The notes beneath the pieces were generated by a model. It saw nothing but the letters and a program-made list of their open reading frames with translations. It was not told the origin of the DNA and made no database searches. A program made the position numbers and the translations under genes. A stretch of 64,000 nt of DNA from assembly GCA_964247055.1 (NCBI GenBank), contig OZ176054.1, positions 8,618,001-8,682,000 of the forward strand, given 5' to 3'. This DNA comes from Paragordius varius (lineage: Eukaryota > Animalia > Nematomorpha). This document shows, piece after piece, positions 21,298 to 37,300 of the stretch (position 1 is the first letter of the stretch; each line of letters opens with the position of its first letter).

Positions 21298-23590
21298 AAG
21301 CAAACATTAAAAATATTACAGTGTTATACGGGTTATTCATGATAAATATAAATTTAAACTGAAAAATATGTGGATTATAATCCATTAAAAACGGAATACT
21401 CATAATAGCATTACATTTAAAATATATTTTTTCCTTACTATTTCAATGCCATATAAAGAAACTCATGAACTTTGGACTTTTACATTAAGGCAAAAACCAT
21501 GATTGTCGCATAATCCAATTTAACACATATTTCGTTTTGACGGGTTTAAACCTTTATGTGACACCATTGTTCAGGAGTTACTATAAATTTTTTGTATATA
21601 ACAGGATTTTTATAATCATTTTGGTAGCATTGTGTTTAAAAAAAGTATCTAATAAATTTATTTACAGGTGCCCGTGTGTTCCAAATCTAATATTGCATGT
21701 ATCTAAATAAATTTGAGACAAAAATTATACCTTTTCAATTCATATACATAAATTAGCGATTGATCCTTTAAAGCACTCATGTTTGTCGGTGTATTTATAT
21801 TTACCTCGATTCGTTTAAAAAAATACTTCCATAGTATGCATTTGCCATGATAAAATTTTATTCAAAAATGGGAAAGTTAATACACCTGTAGAGATTCGTA
21901 AATTATAATAAAAGCATCATATAAACATTTACATTTATATATCAAATGTTTCTATCATAAAATATACCCTTTTAATAAGGTAAACATTTTTACATTTTTG
22001 CTGATAAAAGTCAGGACCACAACCACTAAAATTAGGTTTCTGATTTAAAGATATATTTTTTTCTGATTATACCAAATCAATCCTTAAAAATACAATTGAG
22101 TAAAAAAATATATTTAGAAATCAAGTTAAATAGTTCTTACATTAAGAATTAAAATTGGAACTGATTTAGAGAAGCGAAACTTACAAGTTTTTGTCACAGC
22201 GGTTTTGTAACCAAAAACTTTTTTAAAAATGGTTCCAATCGAAATAGACTTTATTCGTTTATTACAATGTTAAACCTTTTTATATTGTCCTCCAATTTAT
22301 ATAAAAGATTATATTTATCCCTAAATTTTGAGAGAAGAAAGTTTACATGCTTATATTTTTAGGCGATTTCATACTGTTATCAATTTAAATGAAACCGACA
22401 TTATTTGGTAACCATTTTTAAAGAAAAATGCACTGATTATAAAAATCTATATATTTAATTATCTTTCTCACATTTTATTAATTATATAGTGCCAAAAATC
22501 AGGCATACTGTAACACCTCACCTTTTCACTTTTTTGTCCGCGATATCATATTCGGCTAATTTTATATCCCAGAGCTCAATCTTCTAAATAAACTACTGTT
22601 TTGAAAGTTATTTTAGTTTATTCTCCTGTATTAGATCAAAAAGCTTATATTTTTACAGTGTAATTTCCAAAGTCTAAAGTGGGAACAGCTCCGAAACAAG
22701 AAATAAATAGACAGCTAAATCAATAAATACAAGTTTTTCTGGTTAAATATAATCTGAAAGTTATAATTATATACATTTTCTAACCATAATATATACATTT
22801 ATTTCCCTATATAATAAGCGACTAAAAAAATTTAAAAAAAATGGCGGCGAAAAAGTTTGAATTGATGATTTTTTCACAATTTTAAATTTTTAAATATGAA
22901 GCTTGGGCCTTAAAAGCTAGAGAAAGCATTATAAATTCGGCCTAATATAAATACTTTTTTAAGAAAGTCGTATTTCGAATCGCTTTGGGATATAAAATCA
23001 CTCAAAAAGGTTATGAGGCGTTAATATTGGATGTAAATGAACTTTCAATTTGAAATTAGAGCAAACCATACCTTACCAATATAAAGTAAAACTCATTTTA
23101 AAAAGGCAACGTGGAATCATGATGGTTATGGTTTTTAAATTCTCTATCGCGATATCGCAAACTTGGATACTTGTAATAAAAATACAAAATGATCGAAAAT
23201 ATAAATATGAGCAATGTATTTATTTATTGCAGTAATTATTGATAATTCAATCAAATCAGTAAAATTTAATTCTACCACTTATTTTTATTTTCAATTCTGT
23301 TGCTCGTTAAGTTTTACTTGCAGTACTGTTCATTTTCATTAATTGTTTCATTTTTTGTTAAAAACCGTTACCTGCTATTAGCGTTAGTGAAATTGTGATA
23401 AGCGAAACCTGAACTTTTAAAAAAATGATTTTGCGCATTGAAACGTAATAAAAAAGCATAAATTAAAATATATTTTTTTATTCATTAAGGATTGAGTAGA
23501 TATAAAATCATTTGACAAAAAATGTTGACTATCGTTTATTTCATCAATATAAGAAATATAATTTTAGAAATAAAAAATTTCAGATTTTAT

Positions 23591-23592
<2 letters not shown>

Positions 23593-23656
<64 letters not shown>
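23593..23656. repeat. (AT)n microsatellite, the longest of about ten in the window
   Basis: Pure AT dinucleotide run. Others near 5446, 21265, 26921, 42457, 43746, 46581, 46790 and 52249. Confidence 0.95.
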
Positions 23657-23658
<2 letters not shown>

Positions 23659-25416
23659 ATTTTTGGAAATTTCCAAATTTTAGGTAAATAAATAATTCAT
23701 GTTTTATTAAAATATGACAATACATTTTATCCTTAGTCACTTTATGTATACATTGTTTTTAAAAAGGTATTTATTATATTTACTATATGTAAACTAAAGG
23801 TTATTGTCCCATACCTGTACAACATTTGAAATAAATCTGATCATTATTTTTAATCTTTCTTTCACATAGAAAATAAAAAATAATGTTGGAAAAATACGGT
23901 ATATTGCACGTATATAATTAATTATTTGTCCTTAATCAATAATATAATAATTTTATGACGATTTAAAATTTTATTAAAACAACACAATTTTTATGAAATC
24001 AATCCATGTATTAATCATTTTATACAATTTTTTGCAATGCATCGACCCATAAAAAAGTTAATGGTGATAAATAGAATATTATTTAAAGTAAAAGACAATA
24101 ACTGATCGAGATAATAACTTTGGCTAGCAAATCACATAATATTAAAGAGTATTTTAATATATTCAAAGAATGGAAAATAAATCACAACAAAGACTATAAT
24201 TTAAGAGTGATCATGTACTCCTTATAAGTCAAATGATGAGGTAAAAATTTTAAGGTGATGTCTACGTACTGTACTGTTATATATATTTACGCTCTATTCT
24301 ATTTATGTAGAAATTCACGATTTCCATATTATAGCAGTAAAGAAATTGCTTAGTAATCATCATATCAAGAAGCAGTAAATAAAGATAAATGTCGCATAAC
24401 TTTTTTTGCTTCTCTGTTCTTCATTTTCTTCCACGTTATTTCATTTCCTGGTTTATTAGTTGTTTAGTTATTATACTATTCGTTTTTTTATTATCAACCA
24501 CTACTGTTTATGATTATGTTAAAGGTTGTGAATCTTCATATAAAGAAGCACTGTATGTAGATAGACAGTTTTTTTATATGATAAAAAATGAAAATATTGT
24601 TGGTGTGTAATGTAATTTAAATAAAAAAAAATGTTTGAAACGTTACCTTTTATATGCAACTAATGTACTATAATATTGCTAATTTTTCTCTGATTAAAAG
24701 TGGATTTCGTTTTCCTTTATCATTTCATTACATTCGATAATTTTATTTTCCAATCCTAATAAATGTTTATCATTAAATAATGATATTTTACCTAATTAAT
24801 TTATTTTCATATCAATTTTGGTAATTTAAATAATTAAAAAAAATATTTATCCATAGTTTGTGTGAAACGTATTGTTAAATATTTGGGCTACAATACATGT
24901 AAAATTGACATTTTTTAAATATTTTTTGTCATCATTTAAATCGTATGAAGAAAGATCAGAATTAATTTTTTTGATTCATCACTGGTTATTCCTAATATAT
25001 CCTAGTCATTAAGCATTCCTACCACATTTCAATTCCGTCCAAAAGGTATATAAATATTGATATGGTTTTTGGGATTTTAAATGTTTTACTTTAAATTTTA
25101 AACCTATATTTATTCTCCGCGGTACTATGGTACTGCGTGGACATTATAATTATCGCCTTAATCAAAAAGTTTTAAAATATTGGATATTTTAATATTTTTT
25201 GCACAAAAGGGGTCGAAGGGTAAGATACACTCTTAATTTAAAGATCTTTAATTTTAAGGGCCTTATATCTGCAATAGACATATATATATATAGAATACCG
25301 CTAGAATATGCTATTTTTTCTCATTCATTCTTATTATAAAATGAATCATTCGTGTTTTTTTGGCGTTCCATAACCTTTTATCACATGTGTTTGAAATTGA
25401 CAGTTTTTAGCATTAA

Positions 25417-25971
25417 CACTTCGATTCAAATTGGGGTATCTAAATACCCCAGACTAAATTAAAATTAGAAGTTTTAAAAAACTACTGAAGGAAACGGTCC
25501 CAATTTAAATTTATGCTTCTATCCTGATAAATATAATATAAATATGCCAAAATATCTTGATAATATTTTGTTTTAAAAAAAAAGTTCCATCTCAAACTAC
25601 TTCGACGCCATTTTTATTTTACAAAAATTTTGCAAAATATCGTTTCATTTAATTTTAAGGGTAAAACTGAAGCTAATTTTTTATATAAATTACATTCAAC
25701 ATTGATTCAAATAGAAAAAGCGGTTTATTTTGTATTATTTTTTAATTTTACAATTTGACACATGTCACGTTGTCTGAATTTTTTACCTTTCAGTTTTAGC
25801 TTAAAATAAGTAATATCAAGTATTTTTGAATAAAATTTTTTATATATTTCGGTTTATTGATGTTACATAAGTGCAAAATTTTGCCATAGTTTCGATTGCT
25901 TCCATACTTTTTAAAGTATTTGATTTTAAACAGGCCTGGGGTATCCAACTACCCCAATTTGAATCGAAGGA
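25417..25971. mobile_element. piggyBac-type MITE
   Basis: TTAA (25413-25416)|cacttcgattcaaattggggta ... taccccaatttgaatcgaagga|TTAA (25972-25975); ~40-bp imperfect terminal inverted repeats. Confidence 0.75.
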
Positions 25972-27922
25972 TTAAAATGAGTGTGTTGTATCCAAGTGTT
26001 AAGGGTACTCTATTTTGATTATTAATTATGTTTGTATCTTTAAACACCTGTTTGAAAAATAATGACTAATTTTTTATTAAAATATTATAAATAAAAATTA
26101 ATAGCGGTTAGTTACTAATACTCAATTTAGTTATTTTTTGAAGTAATTTTATTTGGGAAGAAACATCACGATTTTATCACTGGATTTGATTTCTATTTTA
26201 AGATCAAGAGTCAATCACCTTTGAAAAAGAATTTTCTCACAATTATACAATATTTAGTATTTAAAAATTTATCTAAAAAATATTAAATATTAATATAAAA
26301 TACATTTAATATTCCTAAGATATTCCCCATATATCATAATATGCTGAGAAAATCTTATTGTTATGCGCGAATGCACTGCACATTTGTTATCTAATAACGG
26401 AACAGAGGGGTTAATAACTAACAACCAAAGACAACATTTTTTAAATGGTATCTATTAGATAGAGCTTCAAAAAGATAAAATTTAACCACACATATGCAAA
26501 AAACGAATAATTTCTTTTGGTTTAAACTCAAAGAAATGGAATATAGATACATACATGTAGGAAAAGGCATATTTAAATGTTTGAATTTTTTTCTGGATTC
26601 CATCAGAAAATGTGTTTCTTTTTGGAGTACTAAACGATAATTAAGATAAAACTGTTTTATACTATAATCCAGACTTAGAGAAAGTTGCTTAACCTAACCA
26701 TAATACGCTTCATAGTGAGAGATTTTGTAAGGTTCAAATTTAAAAATGTTTTGTATGAAATAAAGGTTGTTTTATGTAATTAATTAAAAGCGCCAATCTC
26801 GCAAATATTGTAGAACTACTGGAATTAATTAATCGATTTTAAATTTTATATTTTTTGATAAAAATATCCCTACGTTCAGCGTTTTGTATAAATTCTCTTC
26901 CAAATGTTTCAAAAATTAAATATATATATATATATATATATATATCAAATGATTTTGGGTTGAAATTGATTGAAAAATTATATGTAAACTTAAACAATCA
27001 AGAGTAAAATATTATAAATAAAAAATGTCAATGACCTATGAAAGATGTAAAATATAATATAATAAATAATCAAATCAGGTATATTAGGAAAAATCTTCTT
27101 CACTTTTGCATAAAGTCTTGTTTATGGATATATATATTGATTGTTAGTTTAATAATACAATATTTACGTACAATAAACACACCTTTACCTTTTTCACCTT
27201 TCTGTATCTAGATAAAACTTTTTAAGTATATATATATATAACAGTAAAATTAAAAGATACTTTTTATGTTAAAACAGTTAGCCACAAATATAAATTATAT
27301 ATTTTTAATAACAAATGTACTCGATTATTTTCGAAAAACTTTCATTTTGAAAACCGAAAATATTTTATTTTTTTTATTTAACAATGCTAAAAAAATTTTG
27401 ATTTTCATATAGAGCTGTTAAGGTAAATACTCTGATATAACCTATCTATACCTATATGGCATTAACAAAGTTAAAAAAGTTAGAAATTTTGTGCTTTATA
27501 ACTTTGTATAACGTTGAACTGAAACTACCTCTTTTCCGTATTTAGATATATTATATATTAATACATAAAAATGTTAAGTTGTGAGCAGAAAAGCACATAT
27601 ACATCTAACTTTGTAGTTCACATATTTTGCTATCTCACTCTAATATGTAACCTTAAATATTCAACAATAATAATTTTGCCATGAAGCATTATATGGTAAG
27701 AAGCAAAAGGCATTTAATAGACAAGACAACTCTTTATTTTTAATCATATTCACAGTTTTATTATTGTTGAAGAGGCTACTTCCACTTTTTCATAGAGTTT
27801 ATATATTAATCTAATAAGGTCATTATGCAGATATTACACATAACATTTCTTGTCATATCATCAAATGATGAACTCCAAATCCGATAACAAGTAATAATAA
27901 AATATTCCCAAAAAAGAGGGTT

Positions 27923-28994
27923 AATTTAAATATTTTTTTCCATGAAATAGCTTATGACCAGCGAATTCAATTACCGCAAAAAATTTGATTTGTTGGCGGG
28001 CACAAAGTGAAGATTAATGATAAAAGTTATTATGGTTTATTATCATTTGCCTAAATTCATATAGTTAATATTTTTATAAAATCTCAGTTCAAAAGATAGC
28101 GTTTTTCTTTTAAAACACTTAAAAGACAAAAAAATTTTTATGGAACTATATTAAAATAATTTTTTTTAATTATTTACTAGATAATCTCACTATTAAATTC
28201 TTAACATTTATATTTTATTCAGTAAAAAAACTTACACATCCAAAACTAAAAATATTGTTTTTTTCATTTTTTCGCCTTCTGGTTTATAAGTGTTTAAAAA
28301 AATTTTCAATGTTTTATTTTGGAATCTTACATGAGTGGGATTTATAAAGTATATAATTTATGCAAAATAGGATTTAAAAGTAGCTGAATATAATCCATAC
28401 AAGTCCCTGTAAAAAGTTTGTTTCAACATAAACTATTATTTTTACTGGGATATGTACAGATATCTGGTTGATTTTTACACCACTTGTAAATTTTATTTTG
28501 TATTAATTATACTATGTGATTTCCGCTCGTGTGAATTTCCAAAATAAAACAGTAAGTTTTTTATACCATCATAGACCAGATGACAAAAAAATGAAAAATA
28601 AAAAACAATATTTTTTAGTTTTATTTGGATTAAGTTTTTTTTACTGAATAAAATATAAATGTTAAAATTTTAAAAATGAGTTTAGATAGTGTAAAAAAAT
28701 TATTTTAATTAAGTCTCATAAAAATTTGCTTTAGAGTATGTTAAAAGAAAAACGCCATTTGAACTGAGATTTTGTATAAACCGTAACTATATTATTTTAG
28801 GCTATTTATATATTAAAAATATCTCCTATGATAATAAACCATAATATCTCAACTTTTATTATTTATTTTCACTTTTTGCCCGATATCGATTTCTCTTAAA
28901 ATTTCAAAAACTCGGTTGTAAACAAATATAATTTTTTACGGCAAATGAATACGCTGGTCATAAGTTATCTCATGAATAAAATTATTTTGTTAAA
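27923..28994. mobile_element. ~1.07-kb diverged foldback palindrome
   Basis: Arms pair throughout, e.g. cttatgaccagcg/cgctggtcataag, aaatctcagttcaaa/tttgaactgagattt and tattttattcagtaaaaaa/tttttactgaataaaata. Centre near 28420. Confidence 0.65.
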
Positions 28995-29149
28995 TTTTTT
29001 TTGCACATAGATAGATAAATTATTCTAATACTTTTAGTTTTGGGGCTTATGAGTAATATAAGTACGTTATTTCCACTTTAGTGATTGCTCAGTATAATCG
29101 CAATGTGAGCGCTAGTGAAAGCTAAAGGATTCATTTCAAATATCGCTAA

Positions 29150-30350
29150 AATATATATAAAAAGCCAAAATTTTTATTTTAAATTTTAGATGTAGTCTCC
29201 GAAAGTCTCAAATTTTTGGACTCATCTAATATGGATATATCGTTTTACACTTAACACAAAATCCGATAAAAAATTAATATAAGTGCTAAAATTTGACATA
29301 AAAAATCCGAAAAAAACGTATATTTTACTTACAAATTTAATTTATAGCAATTTGGTAAAGCGAGGTTTACCGTGTTTTATGGTATGGTGGAAACTTATAA
29401 AAACTTTAAAATAAAATAAAAACACCATTTTTATATAATTTGATGAAGCTAAAAATTTTTCCTACCCCAGAATATTGATTCAGACTTAACTTTTTGGGGT
29501 AGTTTTCCTAAGGCCATTTAAAATATCTTAAAAAATATTTTTAGCATCTAGTCAAATTTAAATATATGCTTTCCTTAGCCTTTTTTGGCGCATGATTGCA
29601 ATCTTTTCTCATCTCAAACTTTTTCGCCGCCATTTTTTTCTTAATTTTCTAACAGTAAAAACAACATGCAAATAAATTTATATTATGAGTAAAATTATAA
29701 ATAATTAACTTGGTGCTATCTTACAATCTATTTGATTTTTTATATAATTTTAGTATCAGCTGTTTCAATTTTGTTTTGACTATTTAAATTTGATACTCTA
29801 TTATTAAACAAAAATGCTAAGTTTTGTATCTACTCCAGGAGAGTAGGGTTTGATAAGTAAATTTTAATCAAAAAAATTTTCGAAATCATTTCTTGCTTAC
29901 TATTTACTGTGTAGTCTGGAAAACCCCAAATGTCATCTAGTACAAAAGAATAAAAATGTATTAAAGCGTTAAAACATTTGTTCGTCTTAAATTTTAAATA
30001 GATTTTTTGTAAAAACAAATTTATCTAACTTAAAAATGAAGCCGATCAAATCTTTTTATTAGAATTATGAGTTGAATGTTCGGCATCATGAATTATAAAA
30101 AAAGTTTTTTATAATATTTTTTTATATCGTTTCCACAATGTTTAAAAACACGGTAAAACTCGCTTTAGGAAAATTTTGATGTGAATTAACTTTTAATAAA
30201 AAGATTTCCGGATTTATTATGTCAAGTTTTAGCACATATATTCATTTTTTATCGCGCAATATCAGCGATTTTGCCTTGAGTTTTTAAAAACTTGCCCATT
30301 TTATGGGTCAAAAATACGACTATCGGATCTACTTCCAATATCTAGATTTT
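29150..30350. repeat. Inverted pair of the old repeat family (foldback-like)
   Basis: 29187-29460 pairs in reverse complement with about 30080-30345 (e.g. ggtaaagcgaggtttaccgtg vs cacggtaaaactcgcttta). Highly diverged. Confidence 0.5.
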
Positions 30351-31332
30351 ATAAAAATATTGTTTTGCTTTTTATATATAGTTTATGATATATTTAAGCG
30401 ATATTTGTTGAATTGAAGCATTTCATTTTCACTAAATCAGCATCGTGTGCGCTAATTTTGCGATTTTACAATATCGAGTAATTAAAAAATGTAACCCATC
30501 TTATATTACTCGTAAGACCCAAAACCTAAATCAACACGAGAATCATGATACATTGACCCATCAGAATATCTATTAGGATATAATTCCCCCCTTCCGATTT
30601 TGTGCGCAGTTTTATGAGAGATCCAATTACACACCAACTAGTAAGATGGAATCCAATTTTAAACGAATACTTACATATTATTTTGAAAAATTGGAATTTG
30701 CATACTGGTCAGCATGCGCTAATTAGTATATAAGCGCTGTTCATTGTAAAAAGCTTATTATGAAATTGAAGGGGTCCTTTATGGATCTATATATAAAGTG
30801 AAATTCCTGGCTTAAAGTTATTTTTTAAGCCTTAATTTGCTATTCGCCAATAATAAGGCTATTTGCTATATGTGTTATCTTGCATAATTCAATGAAAAAC
30901 TAGCAATATTTTAATATTAATAACTATGATAATGACAAGCATATATATAGCCTGAACATTTTCTATCATTATGCCACTACTTTACTAATTAAAATCTATC
31001 ATTATAAAAATAATAAAGAAACGATTAAGTAATGTATAGATCAATATGTATATTCTAGATACGACAGCGATTAATTTTTTATTATACAAAGAAAATACGG
31101 TTTATCTAAAAAGATACATGATGCCTTAAAGAATAATCGTCGTAAGGTATGAAATATAGCAAATGTTATGATTAGAAATATATGAGCTGCAACGCCTAAA
31201 GGATGGTTCGTAGCAAAATATATACCATAATATGACTTTAACTATAGATATATAAATATAGATAGATCGTTTGTTATATACTCTTAGGTTAAAAAGAAAC
31301 AAATGAACAGGACAAACTTATAATCATTATAT

Positions 31333-34300
31333 ATGCCAATGGAGGCAGAATGTTGCCTAGAATTAACGGGCTTGTCGGAGGAAAAATATGAAGAAATTTG
31401 CGTTTACAAAGTTTCTGACCGACCTATAGTCTTGTTGCCAGATGGAAGTTGTATGGTACAAACGGATTCAGTTGTGTGTTCCAGCTGGGGATTTCTAAAA
31501 GCCAAGAGGTCGTTTGCAACTTTGCCGAGAATACTCGAAATCCGAGAATCCTCATCGTTTTTGAATGTAATTATTATTTTTACAATGAAAAAATTAGCAT
31601 CATATGAAAAAAATACAGTTGTGAAAGTTTGTCATTTTTATTAACAAAACTACCATATGAATATAATTATGGATCCGTTCCATTCTAAAACAATAAAAAA
31701 ATAATATTTATAATTCAGCTTTTTTAAAGTTTCTTAATATGAACAAATTAATCTATCACAAGTAATGACTTTGTAAAATATTTGATATTAATTTCATAAT
31801 AACATTTTTTTTATTTTAATTTATTTTATAAAAATACCAAAAAATATAAATCAAATACATCTAGGGTTTGACGGGTCATGAAATAGCTCTCAAATTTAAC
31901 ATATGTTTTTCACATGGTATAACCAAATAATAATATAACGGTATAACTAAATATTAATTTAATAACTACACTAGTCGACAAATTTGGACATTTTTAAGCA
32001 CCACCACTCAAACTTTTTAAATTATGACTATTTTCAGTGTTTTAAAACCGAATTTGAAAAAAATTTTGATCCCGCCAATCAGAATTTTGAAATATTATAG
32101 GTTTTTCAATTTTTCAAAAACAAGAGAAAATCGAGAGAAAATTAAATATAACTTTATAATAAAATGTTATTATATTATAAACTTAATATCATTTAATAAA
32201 GCGTTTTAAACTCTATCTTTTGAATATAAATATGTCATTTAAATATCAGAGAGAAAAAAATAGTACGGACTTAAACGTCAAAATTTAGTCCTTTTCTTTC
32301 AAGTGAATTTTTAATACGTATAAAAATTTTTTAAAAAAATACTAAAAAAGGGATTCTATGGTTTAAACCTTCGGCTTTCAGATAGGCTATATTTATTTGT
32401 TAGTTTTCGTTCTTTCGAGTACTTATTAGACTTTTTCTCTTGAGTTGGTTCTTATAAAAAATTCTTTATTTATACCTAGTGGATATACCTTATTTTTTTA
32501 AAATTATTGGTTGTTTTGTATTTTGAATTTCAGATGGATGTTGTTTAGCCACTTTTAGTAGAATTTACTGTTATGGGGTTGGACCATTTGTATTTACCTA
32601 ATTTATATTCAATTTAATTGTATTTATCTAACTTTATTCTGTAAATTGGTTAATTTAACATGTCAATTTGCCTGGATTTTGCTTGCAAGTCTCTCTTATC
32701 GGACTTTACGATTACTTATTGTTATCTTTGCCATATCTGGCATAATTGGATCGCTTGGGGGATATGCAGAACTTGTGCAGCCGCCCGGATCTATCACACT
32801 ATACATAAACCCCTTTTAGATTTTTAATACTTTGGCTCTTAGCTTGTTTAGTATCTTATTTAATGCCTAGAATTTGTTATCCATGCATGAAAAATTACTT
32901 GTATCGACTTGCTTGTTTGAATATTTAAACATATGTACACGAGGAATGATTGTTATTTTTGAATTAAATACAAATTTAAAAATTAAATTTTGGAAAAATC
33001 CTATTGGTGGCCTTAATTTTCTTTTTTGTTTTGGCCTATCCATGCCATTAGGTATCAGAAAATGCAAAAATAATGGGGTGGTGCAAAACCTTGTTGATCA
33101 GTGCTATGTAGGATTATGTATTATTTATGATTGCCTTTAAGATTCATAACGCAATATTAGTTGATTGGTTATGACCACGAAAATAATTATTAAATTTGAT
33201 TTAAGCCGTTAAAATCAACGAACAGTCTATCATCCGATCTTTCAGATTTATCTCACTCGTCCTTAATTAGTTAGTCAAATCATCCAAACATCGATAATCG
33301 CAAATGACATTTTACTCAGTTTAAAAATAATATATTATTTTATATTAAACATGCACACAGTGACAAATATAAAACGTAATAGGATTATTATGGCGCTTTG
33401 GGTTTTGGGTCTTACGTCAAATTTAAGAAAGTTATTTTTACTTTTATGGTAATTGCCTTATATCGTATTATAAAAATAACAAGCATAAGTTATAAGTAGC
33501 TTCAAAAAATATTTTATTAATATATATTATAAAATATATTAAAATAAAAAAATTATTTTTTTTACATTTAACTAATATAAGCTCCACTCTACTTCTCTTT
33601 TTAGAAATTTAAGCAAAAAAGCCGATATTGCGCGATAAGAATTTTAATTATGTGAGGACATCAAAATAAATATCCTAAAACGCTTACTTTCAGCCAAATC
33701 TTTTTTTAAATATTTTAAAATTAAATTTCGTTTTCAATTTAAAAATATAATTTATTTGAAGGCGAACAATTTTGCCGTATTTTGAGGTTTCAGCTGTAAA
33801 ATACCTATAAACTTCAATAGATTTTGCCAAAATTTAAATGTTGAAGCAAAAAAGCTTTTTCCAAAATTATTTAAGTAGTGCAATTTGTTTTTTTGCGTTC
33901 ATTTTATTAAAACTGATCCGTTTTAGCGGTGTCCTAAAATGTGAGACTGCTCACATATTAAATCTAAATTTAACTAAATGATATTTTGCTTTTGTGTTAT
34001 ATTTTATATTATATAACATAAATATTTTTAAACGGTGGTCAATTTTATCCCCAATGGCATTTTTGCGTTTATTTTAAGAAAACTAGCCTATTTTAGAAGG
34101 GGACAAACATTTAGCACCTTCGGACGCCACATTAAAAAAAAGTATAAAACTATTGTTGTGCTTTTTTTGTTGTTTATGATATATTAAAGTGATTTTTTTA
34201 AAAAAATCATTTAGCTCTTACCATAAAAATTTATTTAACAAAACGTTCGCAAATTTGCCATTTTCTGAGATGGAGCAGTTTGTACAAAAGTGTAAATAAC

Positions 34301-37300
34301 TTAAATCAACAGGGGCCAAAACCAAAAGCTTTATGATAATCCTGATACTATTTATACCAGAATATATATAAAATATCATCAGGATATATTAATACCCCGG
34401 AATTTCGGGCGCAGTGAAGAGCCATTGCGTGAAATTTAGCTTAATTATTGAATGTGACTTAATTATATTAAAAGTACCATGAATGACAGATATTTTAAGG
34501 GAATCAAATTTTTTGAAAACGATAATTATAAATATGATGATGGGGTGAAATGCCAAAAATTACAATGCGAAACGATCATTAATTTGAACCACGATTTACC
34601 TTATTTCCATAAACTAAATAGGCCGAGAGATTTTTTACTTTAGAATCACACTCGAATTTTTCTTTGTAAAAAACACATAGTAAATATATATTCTTAATAC
34701 AAGTTCCGTTTCGTAAATATAAATCTAAATTTTATAAAATTTACAACTTATAAAAAGCTCTTAAAATTTGATTATCCTACATTTAATTTCCGTTTTCTAT
34801 ATTACTACATTCAATCGTTTACATAAGCTTTAACTGCTAAAGGTAAAAATTTGCAAAATTTCTACTTTTCTTCATACAGATTTCGTAAATTAAAATCTTT
34901 CGATTAGGAAATGGGCATCTGGAGCAAGGATTACATTCCAAAAGGCACTCGGTTTGGACCTTTGGAAGGCAAAATCTTTGAAATTCGAGACGTTCCAAGA
35001 AATGTTACTAGAAAATATTTTTGGAGGGTATTTTTTTAGATTTTGAAGGCATTAATATGAAATCGATCACACATATTTTCAATATATTATCTTATCATTA
35101 GATATATGAGGAAATGGGCTTCATAAAATCCAACATATTGAAACATTACATTGATGCATGTGATGAGGGAAATAGTAATTGGATGCGTTATGTCAATCCC
35201 GCTCGTAATATCAAGGATCAAAATCTAGTGGCCTGTCAATTAAATTACAAGATATTTTTCTATACAATAAAACCCATATATCCCGGAACCGAATTATTGG
35301 TTTGGTATTGTCGGGATTTTGAAAAGCGATTAAATGCATCCATGTTTCTCTATCTTCCAAACACAGATCTTATAGGTCTTCATGGCATAAATGCCGTTTA
35401 TACTTGCAGTCAAAACAGTGGGAACAATGCTCATTCAACCATTCACACATTTTTGTGTGATGACAATACCAGTTTGGTTCCAGCCACGACAAGATCAATC
35501 TTTTTTGAGCGGTTACACAAAATGGATGCAAATTTACTTTCTGGCAATGCTAGTAGTAATTATATATACCCTATCCCGCCAACAACTAATACCGAACTTT
35601 GTCTAAATAGAAGAAGAGATGGCACAAGCCATTTGAGATCACCTAAAGTACATAATTTTTCGGACACTATACCAATTTTGAGCTTGGGTCTGACAACAGC
35701 TCAACATGCTTGGGATTCTATCTACCAAAATCAATATCAAAGATTGATGAAGTTGACAACCCTTACCACACTCACTATGCCAGATCAAACAAAGAAACTT
35801 TTTTCCTCCCCATTGTTTCATTCTCAATTAAATGGATTGATTATTACGCAAGGTTATACAAATACCACATCCACAAACAATTTATATAGCAGTGAATATG
35901 CTGGGCTATATGTAACTACTCTCTTTAATGCTATGCAAAGTAAATTTTACTTGTTATTATCGAATCCGAATATTTTAATATTATAGATATTGTAAAAACA
36001 TAAAGGGAGACTTTTAAGGTTGCCAATACATCAAGTGTATAAAATACATTTAAAATAGTCAATGCACAAATTGTGATATAGATAAGAAGCAAATATTATT
36101 GACAATCATTAATTTTAACATAAAATTCATAATTTTTGTTGCTAGTATACATCAATGATATTGAAAATTTTATATAAAACTACTCAAGGCAGGATATTAT
36201 TGTTAAATTTATGAACCTACGGTATAATGCCCTAAAAAATATTTTTTACATTTACGGAATATTAACTAAATCAAAAAATCGCATTTTTTCGCATATTACG
36301 TCAGAAATAAAACTTTTGGGAAAAGCAATAAAGATTACAATTTATTTACCTTTAAAGATATAATTAAATAACTTATTCTCCAATGTATAAAACTATCAAC
36401 TCAATTTTTTGAGGTTAAGATAAGCGAAAATTTAAGACTAAATATTTTTTGGCGGTATTGATTTGGATGTACTAACTAAAAACTATATTTTGTTATTCTG
36501 ATCAAATCGTGCAGCACAAGGCACAAAATAAGGTTAATAAAATTATTCTGTTAAAATTTATACATTTCGTAGAAAAATTTATCGGAATGATGCTTTTGGT
36601 TAAACCCTTACGAGTTATACTTTTTGCCAATTGTTCCATATCGTAATTCGTATATTCGCGCACACATGTTTTTTTCGGTGAAAGCTAAATTATTTTATCA
36701 AAAAATTTATAAAAATATATGACAACCTATATTTAATCGCACAATATCTAAATTAAATTTGGATTTTATATACCAGGCAAAATTTAATCATTAAGGCATA
36801 TTATACCATTAAAATACAGTTTATTTTATTATCAAAATCCAGAAAGTATTAAATATTATTGCAAAATTAGATTTGATGGGACTTTCTAGATCTTATATAA
36901 AAATTAAAATTTAATATAAATCCTGTTTTGCCTATATATATATTATATTATTTCAATAAATTTATGCAATTAGCTTCCATTAAAATAAATATTTCATAAT
37001 ATGCGCTAATTTTGCTATTTTCGATACTTATTTATTATCATGAAATTAATAACTTGACCTGTAAGGTTAAAACCAAAAGCAACGCAAGCCTCTATCTATC
37101 AAAATATTTTTACGTGCACTTTTATGCAGTGTCTATATAAAATACACTGATGAAATAAATATATTCTGATAGAAAATTGTATCAGGATTAACATGGTGCT
37201 TTTGGCTTTGTGGCGAGTGATTTAAGAAATTACACTTTTTGATAACTGTTCCATATCAGAAAAATGATTTGCGCAGATTTTTTTAAAATTTTTAGTGAAA

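Noticed and set aside
24300-27920. Coding-looking fragments (24389 ORF, 24830-25000, 26418-26603, 27660-27900)
   Set aside because: Could not be joined into a gene; stops occur in all frames at 27660-27900. A hidden micro-exon gene is not excluded.
32500-33150. ORFs 32867-33067 and 32874-33140, possible LINE endonuclease relic
   Set aside because: No convincing motif; lies within a PRDM1 intron.
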